A DNA stretch of 64,000 bases from positions 1 to 64,000 of the forward strand of contig CAZCRK010000002.1 of assembly GCA_964501035.1 (NCBI GenBank), read 5' to 3'. Below, piece by piece: positions 28,636 through 38,999 of the stretch. Within the stretch, counting starts at the first letter, position 1; every line of letters starts with the position of its first letter. The notes beneath the pieces were generated by a model, which did no database searches, was not told where the DNA came from, and was given only the letters and a program-made list of their open reading frames with translations. A program made the translations under genes and the position numbers.

Positions 28636-29499
28636 ATGTTAAATAAAATAGGCAAATGGAAATTAACAGTACTTGAAACTGGTACCTTTCGGTTAGATGG
28701 CGGTGCAATGATGGGTTCTGTTCCCAAAGTTTTATGGGAAAAAACAAACCCACCTGATACATTAAACAGAATTGAACTTGCAATGAGATGTTTAGTATTG
28801 GATGATGGTGTTTCAAAAGTTCTAATTGAAACTGGGATAGGTGATAAGCACCCGGAATCTTTTTACAATATGTTTGATGTAAAACATAAAAATAACATAT
28901 CAAGTAATACTTTAAGCAATAATGAATATAGTCTTAATAATATAACAGATATAATAATTACACATTTGCATTTTGACCATGCTGGAGGTGCTACAAAAAC
29001 AGGTGATAACGATGAGAATATTCCAACATTTTTAGATGCAACATACCATATTTCAAAGGAAAATTGGGATGCAGCAGTAAAGCCAAATCCGCGGGATAAA
29101 GCAAGTTATCTATCTGAAAATTTTATACCAATTCAAGATTATGGAATTTTAAATTTGGTCGATTCCAATGCAGAAATATTGCCTGGTGTTTCTGGAATCA
29201 GAGTTGATGGACATACGCCTGGTCAGCAGTTGGTAAAAGTTGAAAGTGATGGTGACATTTTAGTGTTTTGTGGAGATTTGATACCCCTTAAATCTCATTT
29301 AAAATTACCATGGATTATGGGCTATGATTTACATGCACTGCAAACATTAAAGGAAAAAACAAGATTCTTAAACCAAGCAGCAAAAGAGGGGTGGTGGTTG
29401 TTTTTTTATCATGACCCAGAAACTGTTGCAGTTAAAATTACCAAAGGCAAAAAATATTTTAATATAATTGAAGAAGTCAGGCGATCTGATTATGTTTGA
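28636..29499 (+). CDS. metallo-beta-lactamase-fold hydrolase (YtnP-like)
   Basis: FRLDGGAMMGSVPK, THLHFDHAGG, GHTPG, WIMGYD, FYHDP. Confidence 0.9.
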   Translation: MLNKIGKWKLTVLETGTFRLDGGAMMGSVPKVLWEKTNPPDTLNRIELAMRCLVLDDGVSKVLIETGIGDKHPESFYNMFDVKHKNNISSNTLSNNEYSLNNITDIIITHLHFDHAGGATKTGDNDENIPTFLDATYHISKENWDAAVKPNPRDKASYLSENFIPIQDYGILNLVDSNAEILPGVSGIRVDGHTPGQQLVKVESDGDILVFCGDLIPLKSHLKLPWIMGYDLHALQTLKEKTRFLNQAAKEGWWLFFYHDPETVAVKITKGKKYFNIIEEVRRSDYV

Positions 29500-29863
29500 A
29501 GGAAATTATAAATTTTACGTTGAGACAGATGACATGTATTTATCATCTATTGTTGCCAATGTTTGCAATATGTATTCATGTGAGTTGGAATTTGTAGAAG
29601 GTGATGAGCCATTCTTGTTGGAATGTGATACTCAAGAAAAACGAATCATTATTTTAAATATATCAAACTCAACTAAAGACAAGCTGCAAAGAATCAAGCA
29701 AATTAGAAATTGTTCTACATCAATGACAATTGGATATATGGATACGTTTGATAAAACCCTGCAAGAAATGGCATCTAAGGCCGGTTGTGATATTGTATTT
29801 GTACGTCTATCACTTGTTAAAAATTTAGGTAAAACAATTGAAAAGTTAATGAGTAATGCATAA
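29492..29863 (+). CDS. hypothetical protein, possibly a degenerate receiver-like domain
   Basis: Alternating beta/alpha pattern ending A.KAGCDIVF; coupled to both neighbours. Confidence 0.55.
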   Translation: MFEGNYKFYVETDDMYLSSIVANVCNMYSCELEFVEGDEPFLLECDTQEKRIIILNISNSTKDKLQRIKQIRNCSTSMTIGYMDTFDKTLQEMASKAGCDIVFVRLSLVKNLGKTIEKLMSNA

Positions 29864-30524
29864 CTCACTTCAGAAAGATAAAAATAGAATTGCCCAAGTA
29901 ATTCAATTGCTTAAAAAGGAATACCCAAATTCAAAATGTTCATTAGAATTTAAAACTCCCTTTCAGTTATTGGTCGCAACTATTCTGTCTGCTCAATGTA
30001 CAGATGAGCGCGTAAATAAAGTTGTGATTCCACTGTTTGAAAAATATCCAACAGCTTATGATTTTACTGAGTTATCTATTGAAGAGATTGGAAAGGAAAT
30101 TTATTCTACCGGATTTTATAATAATAAAGCTAAATCTATTTTAGGGATGTCTCAGGCTTTGGTAAATGAGTATAGTGGTAAGGTCCCAACTACATTGAAA
30201 GAACTTATAGCCCTTCCAGGCGTTGGAAGAAAAACTGCCAATGTGGTCTTGGGGAATGTTTTCAATATCCCAGGGATTGTAGTCGATACACATGTTACAC
30301 GAATTTGTAATCTACTGGGATTTGTAACATCTAAAAATGCGGTAATAATTGAAAGAGAATTAGAAAAAATCATTACCAATAAGCAAGATTGGACTCTTTT
30401 TACACATTTAATCATTGACCATGGTAGAGCAGTGTGCATAGCTCGAAGACCTCAGTGCAATGAATGTGTATTAAACAATTTATGTAACTTTTATAAAGGA
30501 AATACAAATGAAAGAACTATTTAA
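29856..30524 (+). CDS. nth: endonuclease III
   Basis: LLVATILSAQCTD, LPGVGRKTANVV, VDTHV, CIARRPQCNECVLNNLC Fe-S motif. Confidence 0.95.
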   Translation: MHNSLQKDKNRIAQVIQLLKKEYPNSKCSLEFKTPFQLLVATILSAQCTDERVNKVVIPLFEKYPTAYDFTELSIEEIGKEIYSTGFYNNKAKSILGMSQALVNEYSGKVPTTLKELIALPGVGRKTANVVLGNVFNIPGIVVDTHVTRICNLLGFVTSKNAVIIERELEKIITNKQDWTLFTHLIIDHGRAVCIARRPQCNECVLNNLCNFYKGNTNERTI

Positions 30525-30693
30525 TGCTTCAGAGATGTTTTTAGCATTTAAAGCTGCTGGATTAGGTTTGATAATAGGTGGCGTATTCGCTTTTTTTAAA
30601 TTTACACCACCTTCACCAGATAACTTAGCTGGGATTTTTGGTATTATTGGAATTTTTACAGGATGGGCTGTAATTAGTTATCTTATTAATTAG
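30508..30693 (+). CDS. XapX/DUF1427-like small membrane protein
   Basis: GLIIGGVFAFFKFTPPSP.NLAGIFGIIGIFTGW. Confidence 0.75.
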   Translation: MKELFNASEMFLAFKAAGLGLIIGGVFAFFKFTPPSPDNLAGIFGIIGIFTGWAVISYLIN

Positions 30694-31387
30694 TAAAACA
30701 CATTGAAACCCCCCGGTTGATATTGCGTCAATGGGAAAATACTGACTATTCTAGATTTGTCCAATGAATGCAGATCCATTGATAATGAAATATTTTCCAA
30801 ATGTGTTGTCCCAATTTGAAAGTAATAATTTAGCAGATAAGATTCGTTCAAACATTGATAATAATGGGTGGGGGTTATGGGCTGTAGAATTAAAGAGTAT
30901 TGAATCGTTCATTGGTTTTATCGGCCTACATAAACCTGATTACCTACCTTTTTCTCCATGTGTTGAAGTAGGGTGGCGATTACCTTCAGCATTTTAGGGT
31001 AATGGTTTTGCCACTAAAGGTGCATTTGCCTCATTACAATTTGCATTTAAACAGTTAAAACTTGATGAAGTTGTATCGTTCACATCAAAGCTAAATACAG
31101 ATTCTATTCGAGTTATGCAGAGGGTGGGTATGCAAAATAGCAAACAGAACTTTTTACATCCAAAGCTTCCATCAAAGCATAAATTAGCTGAACATGTTTT
31201 ATTCAAAGTTACCAAATCTCAATTTGATGAGATAAAATTCAACAAGTGCCCTAAATGCGATACACCTTTTGTTTGTGATATAGAAAACAAGCAAGATTCC
31301 TGTTGGTGTTTTAGATTTCCAGTACAATCTATTGACAAGAGATTGAGTAATTGCTTATGTCAGTCCTGCTTAAACCCTGACCAATAA
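30690..31387 (+). pseudogene. RimJ/RimL-type GNAT acetyltransferase fused to a Cys-rich CWC domain; frameshift and premature stop
   Basis: IETPRLILRQW frame shifts at ~30763 into MNADP..; EVGWRLPSAF*GNGFAT has TAG at 30995-30997 where Trp is expected; same frame continues to CPKC..C..CWC..CLCQSCL. Confidence 0.8.
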
Positions 31388-31453
31388 AGACATATTGACA
31401 TACCATGCAGACAATGTGACATTCCATTAATACATTTTGTCTTGCTTTATTAA

Positions 31454-31470
31454 TTGGTACTTTATTTGTA
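31454..31470 (+). promoter_or_regulatory. possible sigma-54 -24/-12 promoter for hsp20
   Basis: TTGGTAC-TTTAT-TTGTA versus consensus TGGCAC-N5-TTGC; several GACA/TGTC boxes upstream. Confidence 0.3.
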
Positions 31471-31518
31471 ACTAAAAAATCGAGTTTAATTTTAATTTAA
31501 AAATAAAAGGAGAAAAAA

Positions 31519-31950
31519 ATGACACTCGTAAAATGGACAAATAGATTGCCAATAAATAATGTTTTTGATGATATGGATACAGTATTTCATAAGTTGTTCG
31601 AAAAAGGTATTGGTGATAATGGTTGGGTACCTTCATTCAATATAAAAGAAACTGAAAAGCAATTTGTATTATTTGCAGATTTACCTGGACTCACCAAAAA
31701 AGATATTGAAATAGATGTGAGTGAGGGTGTATTAAGTGTTTCTGGAGAACGAAAAAATGAAGAATCACAAGAAAATGATGTTTGGCTAACTTTTGAACAA
31801 AACAGAGGTGCTTTCAGTAGAGCATTTAATTTGCCAGAAAATATAGATGAGAGCAAAATTAGTGCAAAGTTTAAAAATGGAGTATTGAAGGTTGAACTAC
31901 CAAAAACTGAACCCGTTCAACCAGTGGTAAACAGGATTTCAATTAAGTAA
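31519..31950 (+). CDS. Hsp20/alpha-crystallin small heat shock protein
   Basis: ADLPG..KKDIEI, GVLSVSGER, GAFSRAFNLP, AKFKNGVLKVELPK; AAGGAG RBS. Confidence 0.93.
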   Translation: MTLVKWTNRLPINNVFDDMDTVFHKLFEKGIGDNGWVPSFNIKETEKQFVLFADLPGLTKKDIEIDVSEGVLSVSGERKNEESQENDVWLTFEQNRGAFSRAFNLPENIDESKISAKFKNGVLKVELPKTEPVQPVVNRISIK

Positions 31951-31964
31951 CATAATTGAATCTA

Positions 31965-31994
31965 AAAAAAGCCCAGTTTAAACTGGGCTTTTTT
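31965..31994. terminator. bidirectional intrinsic terminator
   Basis: AAAAAAGCCCAGTTTAAACTGGGCTTTTTT between convergent genes. Confidence 0.88.
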
Positions 31995-31995
31995 A

Positions 31996-33684
31996 TTATT
32001 CCTCATAAGAGTAGTTCATATATTCTGGCCAAAACATTTTATGTTTCACAAAATCATACATCCCTGAAGAGGGCAACGTATTGTTAGCTAAATTATTATC
32101 CCGCATATATCTACTTACTTCACTTGCAATCTCAGTTGAAATTGCTCGAATTGATTTAATATCTGGATATACACGGTGGTAGGATAGTTCTTCATCCGTA
32201 ACCAATTCAGCCAGTTTTTTTGCAGCAACATAAAACACGGAGTTAGGAATAAATTTTGCTTGACTTAAAATTGCACCTAAACCAACCCCAGGAAAAATAT
32301 ACATATTGTTTCCTTGCCCCGGAATTAAAGTTTTACCCTTAAAATTAACAGGATTAAATGGACTACCGCTTGCAAAGATTGCTTGCCCATTTGTCCATTT
32401 ATATGCTTGTTCAGCTGTACATTCTGCTTTAGAAGTTGGATTTGATAATGCAAAAATAATAGGCTTTTCGACATGTTTGGACATTTCACGAATGACATCT
32501 TCATTAAATGTGCCTGGTTGACCACTTAATCCCATTAATATAGTTGGCTTTACGTCTTTAACTACTTCAAGTAACGATTCTTTAAAATCTTCATTTCTTG
32601 CGTATGGAATTTTATGTTCCGCAAGTGTGTCACCTCGTCCATTGCACACTAAACCTTTAGAATCTAAAAACCAAAATTGTTTTCTTGCGTCTTCTAAAGC
32701 AATTCCTTCTCCATCACGAATTCCAGCTGAAATTGAGTCTGCAATTCCAATACCTGCAGAGCCAGCTCCTAAAAATATAATTCGTTGGTCAGATAATTTT
32801 TCTTTAGTAATTCTAAGTGATGCTAAAATTCCAGCTAATGCTACAGAACCTGTGCCTTGAATATCATCATTAAAACATAGGATATTCTTTCTATATTTTT
32901 CTAATAGTTTAAATGCATGATCATTGGTAAAGTCTTCAAATTGAATAAGCACATTTGGCCATCTGTGTATAGCAGATTGAATAAATTCATCCACCATTTC
33001 ATAAAAGACATCACCTGCAAGTCTGGGGTGCTTTGCACCTAAATATAATGGGTCTTGTTGGAGAGATTGATTATTAGTTCCTGTATCCAATAAAACAGGT
33101 AGTGTATTTTTAGGATGTATTCCAGCACATGCAACATATAGTGAAAGTTTACCGATTGGAATACCCATTCCATTTGTACCTAAATCGCCCAATCCCAAAA
33201 TTCTACTACCATCAGAAACAACAATTATTTGCACATCATCATTTTTCCAACTTTTGGTCATTTGCTCAAAATTTCCACGATCACTTGTACTGAAATACAT
33301 TCCGCGAGAACGTCGATAGATATGATTATATTTTTGACAAGCTAATCCGACGACTGGTGTATAAATAATGGGGGTGATTTCTTCTACATTTTCAACTAAT
33401 ATTCGGTAATATAATGTTTCATTCCTATCATGTAAAGATTCTAGATGAATGTACCTTTCAATATCCGTTTCTTTGGAATGAAAGTTTTCCATTACACGCT
33501 CAACTTGATCATCGATACTCACAACTTGAGGTGGTACTAATCCTCTTAATTCTAATGCATCTCTTTCACAATCCGGGAAGCCACTTCCTTTATTTAAAAT
33601 TGGATCATGGATAAGTTCAATACCTTTTTTATGAACTTTAATAGTTTTATCTTCAATTTCTAACTCAGCTAAATCATAATGCAT
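31996..33684 (-). CDS. maeA: malic enzyme (MaeA/eukaryote-like large subfamily)
   Basis: PIIYTPVVG, DGSRILGLGDLG, QFEDF, FNDDIQGT, GAGSAG, LSNPT, GQGNNMYIFPG; ATG 33684 after GGAG. Confidence 0.9.
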   Translation of the reverse strand: MHYDLAELEIEDKTIKVHKKGIELIHDPILNKGSGFPDCERDALELRGLVPPQVVSIDDQVERVMENFHSKETDIERYIHLESLHDRNETLYYRILVENVEEITPIIYTPVVGLACQKYNHIYRRSRGMYFSTSDRGNFEQMTKSWKNDDVQIIVVSDGSRILGLGDLGTNGMGIPIGKLSLYVACAGIHPKNTLPVLLDTGTNNQSLQQDPLYLGAKHPRLAGDVFYEMVDEFIQSAIHRWPNVLIQFEDFTNDHAFKLLEKYRKNILCFNDDIQGTGSVALAGILASLRITKEKLSDQRIIFLGAGSAGIGIADSISAGIRDGEGIALEDARKQFWFLDSKGLVCNGRGDTLAEHKIPYARNEDFKESLLEVVKDVKPTILMGLSGQPGTFNEDVIREMSKHVEKPIIFALSNPTSKAECTAEQAYKWTNGQAIFASGSPFNPVNFKGKTLIPGQGNNMYIFPGVGLGAILSQAKFIPNSVFYVAAKKLAELVTDEELSYHRVYPDIKSIRAISTEIASEVSRYMRDNNLANNTLPSSGMYDFVKHKMFWPEYMNYSYEE

Positions 33685-33812
33685 TTTAAAATCTCCATTT
33701 TGCAATTATTTGCTTGTAGTATAAATTAAACAAATAAGATATAATAGTCCTATTTAATATTATTAAAAAATGTGTAAATTTATTTAATCAATTTAATTAG
33801 AATGGGGGAAAT

Positions 33813-34262
33813 ATGGTAGAATCAACCAATAAGTATAAAAATATTATGATAACCACTGATTTTTCAGAGTTATCTAATCATGCAGTAGAGCATGCTTTGA
33901 TGTTAGTAAAAAAGTTAAATTCAAAGCTTTATGTGTTACATGTTGTTGAACCTATTGAGCATTCGTATGATTACCAATGGGCAGAAGTTCCTCCCATTGA
34001 AGTAGATACAAAACGTTCTGAATCTGCTCAAGAGCGATTGATTGAGTGGTGTGACAATCAAATTCCTGAAGAAATTGCAAGCAGAATAATTGTAAAAAAT
34101 GGTAAAGCAGTTTCAGAAATTTTGGATACAGTTGAAGAATTTAATATTGATTTAATTGTAATGGCTACACATGGCTTAACTGGACTTTCTCATTTGTTTT
34201 TTGGAAGCACAACAGAACGTATTGTTAAAAAATCTAAAGTACCAGTTCTAACAGTGAGATAA
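33813..34262 (+). CDS. universal stress protein
   Basis: TTDFSELS, DLIVMATHGLTG..FFGSTTERIV..PVLTVR. Confidence 0.93.
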   Translation: MVESTNKYKNIMITTDFSELSNHAVEHALMLVKKLNSKLYVLHVVEPIEHSYDYQWAEVPPIEVDTKRSESAQERLIEWCDNQIPEEIASRIIVKNGKAVSEILDTVEEFNIDLIVMATHGLTGLSHLFFGSTTERIVKKSKVPVLTVR

Positions 34263-34318
34263 TTCTTATTTAGATATTCATTTCATTGATAAATTTTGCA
34301 TTAATATTTTGAGGAAAT

Positions 34319-34750
34319 ATGAGTTATAAAGTTTGGAGATTAACACACAGGTACGCATTTAGTAATTGGAAATGGTTGATGACAATCTCTTCCATAATTT
34401 TGATTATTATTTCGATTACTGGTATTGTTTTGATACATGAACATGATACACAATTTTTTGCTAAAACACGTGTGCCAACATCCATTTTACCTGATAGTTA
34501 TCAGACAAAGTTAGATAATATGCGGGCAGCTCAGGGTATCACAACCCATTACAAGAAAGATGCAGACTCTGTACCCCTTTCTTGGTTAATGTACGATTTA
34601 CATTCAGGCGAGTTCTTTGGAAAATGGGCTTGGATTTACTATGATTTGATATCTGTAGCACTTATTGTAATGTCTGTAACGGGAGTATATATGTTTTTTG
34701 TTTTAATAAATTCTGAAAGAAGAACTAAGAAAAGAAAGGAAGCAAAGTGA
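34319..34750 (+). CDS. PepSY-associated TM-helix protein
   Basis: WRLTHRY, ISITGIVL.H, YDLHSGEFFG, SVTGVYM. Confidence 0.75.
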   Translation: MSYKVWRLTHRYAFSNWKWLMTISSIILIIISITGIVLIHEHDTQFFAKTRVPTSILPDSYQTKLDNMRAAQGITTHYKKDADSVPLSWLMYDLHSGEFFGKWAWIYYDLISVALIVMSVTGVYMFFVLINSERRTKKRKEAK

Positions 34751-35163
34751 AGAATTTTAGTATTTTATTATTGAGTTTAATGTGGCTTATATCGTGTGGA
34801 AACAATGGTGTTGAAGCTGATTATTTTGGAGATGAAATTACGTTAGAAAATTCAACTTCAATTCAACATATTGTACGTAATTCAGTGGAGAATGCTGGAC
34901 AAGAGTTTCTAATACAAGGAGTAATGACCGAAGTATGTCAGAAAAAAGGGTGTTGGGTGGATGTAAAAGATGGTGAAGAGTCAATCACAGTACGCTTTAA
35001 AGATTACGCCTTTTTTATGCCAAAAGACGGTGCAGGAAGAAATATAAAAGCACAAGGGGTCTTTAACATTGGTACATATGAAGAAGAAGTTGACGGTAAA
35101 AAAGTAGAAAAAGAGTACTTTACTTTCACAGCGAGTGGAGTTGAATTAGAGAAAAGACAGTAA
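34747..35163 (+). CDS. DUF4920-like lipoprotein
   Basis: Lipobox LISC; FGDEIT, EVCQKKGCW, VRFKDYAFFMPKD, FTASGV. Confidence 0.75.
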   Translation: MKNFSILLLSLMWLISCGNNGVEADYFGDEITLENSTSIQHIVRNSVENAGQEFLIQGVMTEVCQKKGCWVDVKDGEESITVRFKDYAFFMPKDGAGRNIKAQGVFNIGTYEEEVDGKKVEKEYFTFTASGVELEKRQ

Positions 35164-35175
35164 AATAAATTTAAT

Positions 35176-35204
35176 AAAAAGCCCAGAACGTTCTGGGCTT
35201 TTTT
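35176..35204. terminator. bidirectional intrinsic terminator
   Basis: AAAAAGCCCAGAACGTTCTGGGCTTTTTT between convergent genes. Confidence 0.88.
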
Positions 35205-35207
35205 ATA

Positions 35208-38039
35208 TTAACCAATAATAATATTTACTAAAGTCACAATATCCAATACATCTATTAAGCCGTCATTGTTTAAATCACCTGCTTGCATCTGAATTGCAGA
35301 CGGATTCACAAGACCAATCACAATATTTACAGTTATAACAATATCCTGAACATTTACCAGTGTATCATTATTTAAATCACCCTGCAAAATATTGGTTAAA
35401 ATGGATTGAAAAGAACCTGTTCTATGCGTGTTCCCTTGATACATATTCCAATAATTGATGTCTGATGCAGATTCCTTTATATCAATTACTGCGAGTCCAA
35501 CATTTGTGCCATAGAGTAGCTCCAAATCACCATCACTATCTAAATTAAAAACAGATGGCGAAGATTCAAAACTATATTCAAAATTCAGGAAATTAGAGGG
35601 ATAGGGTGTCCCATTCAATTGAAAAACAAGTAAATGGCCATCATCGGTTCCGGAAATTACCTCAACCTCACCATCATCATTTAAATCAGCAAAAATGGGT
35701 GAACAATCAATATCAAAGTTTCCAATGTATTGAGGCCAGTTTGGGAGGTGTTGACCAAATTGATCAATTCCATATAGATAACCATCTTGAGAACCAAAGA
35801 AAATTGCAACCCCATCTGCAGTTTCTAAAAATCCAACAGATGATCGTATTTTATCTCCCGTTATAATATCAAAAAGGATATCTCCATTTGCATTCATACC
35901 ATAAAAATGACCATTTTCATTTCCTGCCATAATAACGTGCTGACCATTGGCTTCTAAAATAGATGGAACAGTTTTAAATTTATCATCTGCAGTAAAAATA
36001 TCTTCAATTTCACCGTTATCAAAGATGATAGATAGAAGTTTTTCATTTTCTGTAGCAACAATTATATCATCTTTTCCGTTAAAGTCAATATCAGAGATTG
36101 CAACACCTTTTAATACTTTTTCGTTTAATTGTACAGGGAAATTTGCAACATTGGTTCCATCATGATTTATAGCAAAAACATCCCCAGATGTTGTATAGCC
36201 AGCTATAACAATTTCTAATTCTTCATCGTCATCTATATTTGCTATAGATGGTGTTCCCATCAAATATTGGTCAGCAAAATATTCCATTTCAATATTTCCA
36301 AATCGATTGATTACATAACAATGTTTGTTTTTTGATGTAAAAATAATTTCTATATCACCATCCAAATCTAAATCTGCACCTGCAGGAGCGCCCCAAATTT
36401 CATTACTACTTCCGGGTACTTGAAATGGAAATCCAGACAACGAATTACCTTCTGAATCCAACCCATGTAGTTTGCCTGCATGGTCACCGAAAAAGATTTC
36501 TTTGTCTCCATCATTATCTATATCGATAACAAGTGGTGATGATTCTACTTCACTTGTCACATTGTATGGAAATCCTACTTGATACATCGAAACATTAACT
36601 TGAATTTCAACTTCATCTTCAAAAAATGTATCATTTGCTCCCATGGCAAACATATGTAAGTGCAGAGTATGATTATTTAAATCAATACTCTCAGATGCAG
36701 TGATAACAAATGGTTGGCTTGTATTTTCATATTCTTCACCTGCTTCTAACCCATTGATGTTTACAAAATCATGTTCAACCGTAATGTCTTCACTATTTGA
36801 GCTAAGTGCTAAATCAATGGAAACAGCATCATTCCATGGAATTAAATTTTCAATATTTACTATCAAATTCATACTCTCACCTGGATTAATCACAGAATCA
36901 CCATCGCCATCAATTTCTGATGTAGAATAAGAATTTAACACTAAATGAGGAGTGTTTAAACTTTGTGGTTGAATTTGAATAACTGCAGCTTGTTCACTTG
37001 TAAAACCACCCAATGTGCTTAATAGAAAGTAACCGTTATCATAACCGCCCCAACCCCAGTTACAGTGAAAATATTCATCATCATAACCATCTATATTCCA
37101 AGCATGACCACCATCACTACTATATCCACGGTATATAAGTGGACGGTTGTTATCTAATTCATCTTGAAGTATATTTCTGTATTGAGATGTGGAATATTGA
37201 TAGGGATAGATGTAATCCATACTATTATCAAAAAGAAAATAATTTTTCATAGCATAATATGCAGATGGATTTCCACCAACAACCCATGCACCTGAACCAT
37301 CAGCACCATAGTCCATATTCACTGCAACACCCGCGTGATACAGTAATGTTTGTGACGCTAATGTTCCATAGTTGTTAGGCATATTTTCAAAATCGTAGAA
37401 TGTATCACCAAAGTCAGCACTTAAATATCCATATTGCCAAGAATTATATCCATGAGAGCCAGAACCTTGTTCGGGGTATGACCAATAATGCATGATTTGT
37501 GACATTGAAACTGCAACACATCCAACTAAAGCATGGTTGCTAGGTCCATCAGGGTCATCTGGGCATAATGCGTTCCAACCTGAACCTTGGTCAAAACGAG
37601 CTGAAATTAACGGTGCTACTCCTCTATCATTTCTATCAATAAAAGGGTGTGAGTATTGTTCCCAAGCTTCGCTAACATGTGTCGGAATATCACCACTATT
37701 AATTTGATTTGTTAATTCTTGTGAAAACTGATCAAACAACCACTTAATATTTACTGGGTGATTTCCAGATTTAAAAGAATTTTCAAAACTATATCCGATT
37801 ATAGGGAGTATCGCATCATCTGCAGAAACTAAAATGAATCCATCTGAAGATAAGTGCATAACATAAAATAGTTGAATGCTGTTTTGAGTGTATGCTTCAA
37901 TTTGGTCAATTGAAACATCATTTCTACTTTGAGAAAACAAAAAATTATCTGCAACTGAAAGAGCTGTTTCTTGATTTATAGGTGCAGCCATCAGTACCTG
38001 AAACCACATTAAAATCCCTAAAATATTCAATTTTTTCAC
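35208..38039 (-). CDS. secreted C10 (streptopain-like) cysteine peptidase with Spi-like prodomain, FG-GAP repeats and C-terminal dockerin
   Basis: Signal peptide; GFILVSADD; GCVAVSMSQIMHYW (Cys), GGHAWNIDGY (His), HCNWGWGG; DxDxDG repeats; duplicated GDLNND...D dockerin. Confidence 0.9.
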   Translation of the reverse strand: MKKLNILGILMWFQVLMAAPINQETALSVADNFLFSQSRNDVSIDQIEAYTQNSIQLFYVMHLSSDGFILVSADDAILPIIGYSFENSFKSGNHPVNIKWLFDQFSQELTNQINSGDIPTHVSEAWEQYSHPFIDRNDRGVAPLISARFDQGSGWNALCPDDPDGPSNHALVGCVAVSMSQIMHYWSYPEQGSGSHGYNSWQYGYLSADFGDTFYDFENMPNNYGTLASQTLLYHAGVAVNMDYGADGSGAWVVGGNPSAYYAMKNYFLFDNSMDYIYPYQYSTSQYRNILQDELDNNRPLIYRGYSSDGGHAWNIDGYDDEYFHCNWGWGGYDNGYFLLSTLGGFTSEQAAVIQIQPQSLNTPHLVLNSYSTSEIDGDGDSVINPGESMNLIVNIENLIPWNDAVSIDLALSSNSEDITVEHDFVNINGLEAGEEYENTSQPFVITASESIDLNNHTLHLHMFAMGANDTFFEDEVEIQVNVSMYQVGFPYNVTSEVESSPLVIDIDNDGDKEIFFGDHAGKLHGLDSEGNSLSGFPFQVPGSSNEIWGAPAGADLDLDGDIEIIFTSKNKHCYVINRFGNIEMEYFADQYLMGTPSIANIDDDEELEIVIAGYTTSGDVFAINHDGTNVANFPVQLNEKVLKGVAISDIDFNGKDDIIVATENEKLLSIIFDNGEIEDIFTADDKFKTVPSILEANGQHVIMAGNENGHFYGMNANGDILFDIITGDKIRSSVGFLETADGVAIFFGSQDGYLYGIDQFGQHLPNWPQYIGNFDIDCSPIFADLNDDGEVEVISGTDDGHLLVFQLNGTPYPSNFLNFEYSFESSPSVFNLDSDGDLELLYGTNVGLAVIDIKESASDINYWNMYQGNTHRTGSFQSILTNILQGDLNNDTLVNVQDIVITVNIVIGLVNPSAIQMQAGDLNNDGLIDVLDIVTLVNIIIG

Positions 38040-38205
38040 AAAATCCCCTAATTATTAAGTAAATGCAAGGCTTCATTTTACTAGATTATAAATAAAAAGT
38101 GGGAGGATTTAATTGTAACATGTTTTTACAAAGCATTTGCAAGATTGTTTAATAAACAATTATCTTCTAAATTAAGTGCTTTGAAAATGACAAGTTAAGG
38201 AGAAC

Positions 38206-38679
38206 ATGTTAAGCACAGCTCAGAAAACCACATTATTTATTCGATTATTGGGACTCACCAAAATTCCAATGATATTTTTTTGCAGACCAAAAGTGACCCA
38301 TATATCGGATGAATGCTTATCTATTCGAATCAAATTGAAACGAAAGACACAAAATCATGTAAAATCAATGTATTTTGGTGTGTTAGCAGTTGGAGCAGAT
38401 TTGGCTGGTGGAGTCTTAGCAATGCATCATATCAACAAAATTGATAAAAAAGTGGTACTTGTGTTTAAAGATTTTAAGGCGGAGTTTCACAAAAGAGCAG
38501 ATGGTGATGTTGTGTTTACCTGTAAGGATGGGAATGCAATACGTGATTTAGTCCATAAAGCATCTGAAACGGGAGAAAGACAGAATCTTCCTTTACATTT
38601 AACAGCGACAGTTCCCAGCAAATATGGTGATGAACCCGTTGCGTCATTTGTGCTAACATTATCCATCAAGAAAAAGTAA
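38206..38679 (+). CDS. hotdog-fold thioesterase-like protein (DUF4442/PaaI)
   Basis: TQNHVKSMYFGVLAVGADLAGG, VFKDFKAEFHKRADGDV. Confidence 0.8.
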   Translation: MLSTAQKTTLFIRLLGLTKIPMIFFCRPKVTHISDECLSIRIKLKRKTQNHVKSMYFGVLAVGADLAGGVLAMHHINKIDKKVVLVFKDFKAEFHKRADGDVVFTCKDGNAIRDLVHKASETGERQNLPLHLTATVPSKYGDEPVASFVLTLSIKKK

Positions 38680-38686
38680 ATTAATT

Positions 38687-38930
38687 ATGAAAAAACTATT
38701 AATGTTATCAATAGGGTTATTAGCACTTACATGTGATGAACCCAAAGAAGTGTATGGTTGTACAATTTATTCTGCATGTAATTTTAATGCTGATGCTAAC
38801 GTCTTTGATGATAGTTGTTTATACTTAGACTGTAACGATGAGTGTGTTGGAACAGCAGTATTAGATAACTGTGATGTAGTTTATGTTGCAGACCAAATGA
38901 ATGATGAAGTCGTTATTGTAAATCAAATTA
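38687..38930 (+). CDS. alternative 5' end (allele A) of the beta-propeller lipoprotein with a Cys-rich module; runs into the gap
   Basis: Lipobox-like LALTC, GCT..SACNFNADA..DDSC module, then VVYVADQMNDEVVIVNQI identical to the protein at 39000. Confidence 0.55.
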
Positions 38931-38940
38931 NNNNNNNNNN
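38931..38940. other. assembly gap flanked by duplicated sequence
   Basis: 10 N; 38941-38985 repeats 38619-38663 and 38882-38930 repeats 39075-39123. Confidence 0.95.
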
Positions 38941-38999
38941 CAAATATGGTGATGAACCCGTTGCGTCATTTGTGCTAACATTATCTATAAAAAAAATAA

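Noticed and set aside
30761..30997. Sec or Pyl recoding of the GNAT stops
   Set aside because: The TGA arises from a frameshift and the TAG replaces a conserved Trp; two lesions point to a pseudogene
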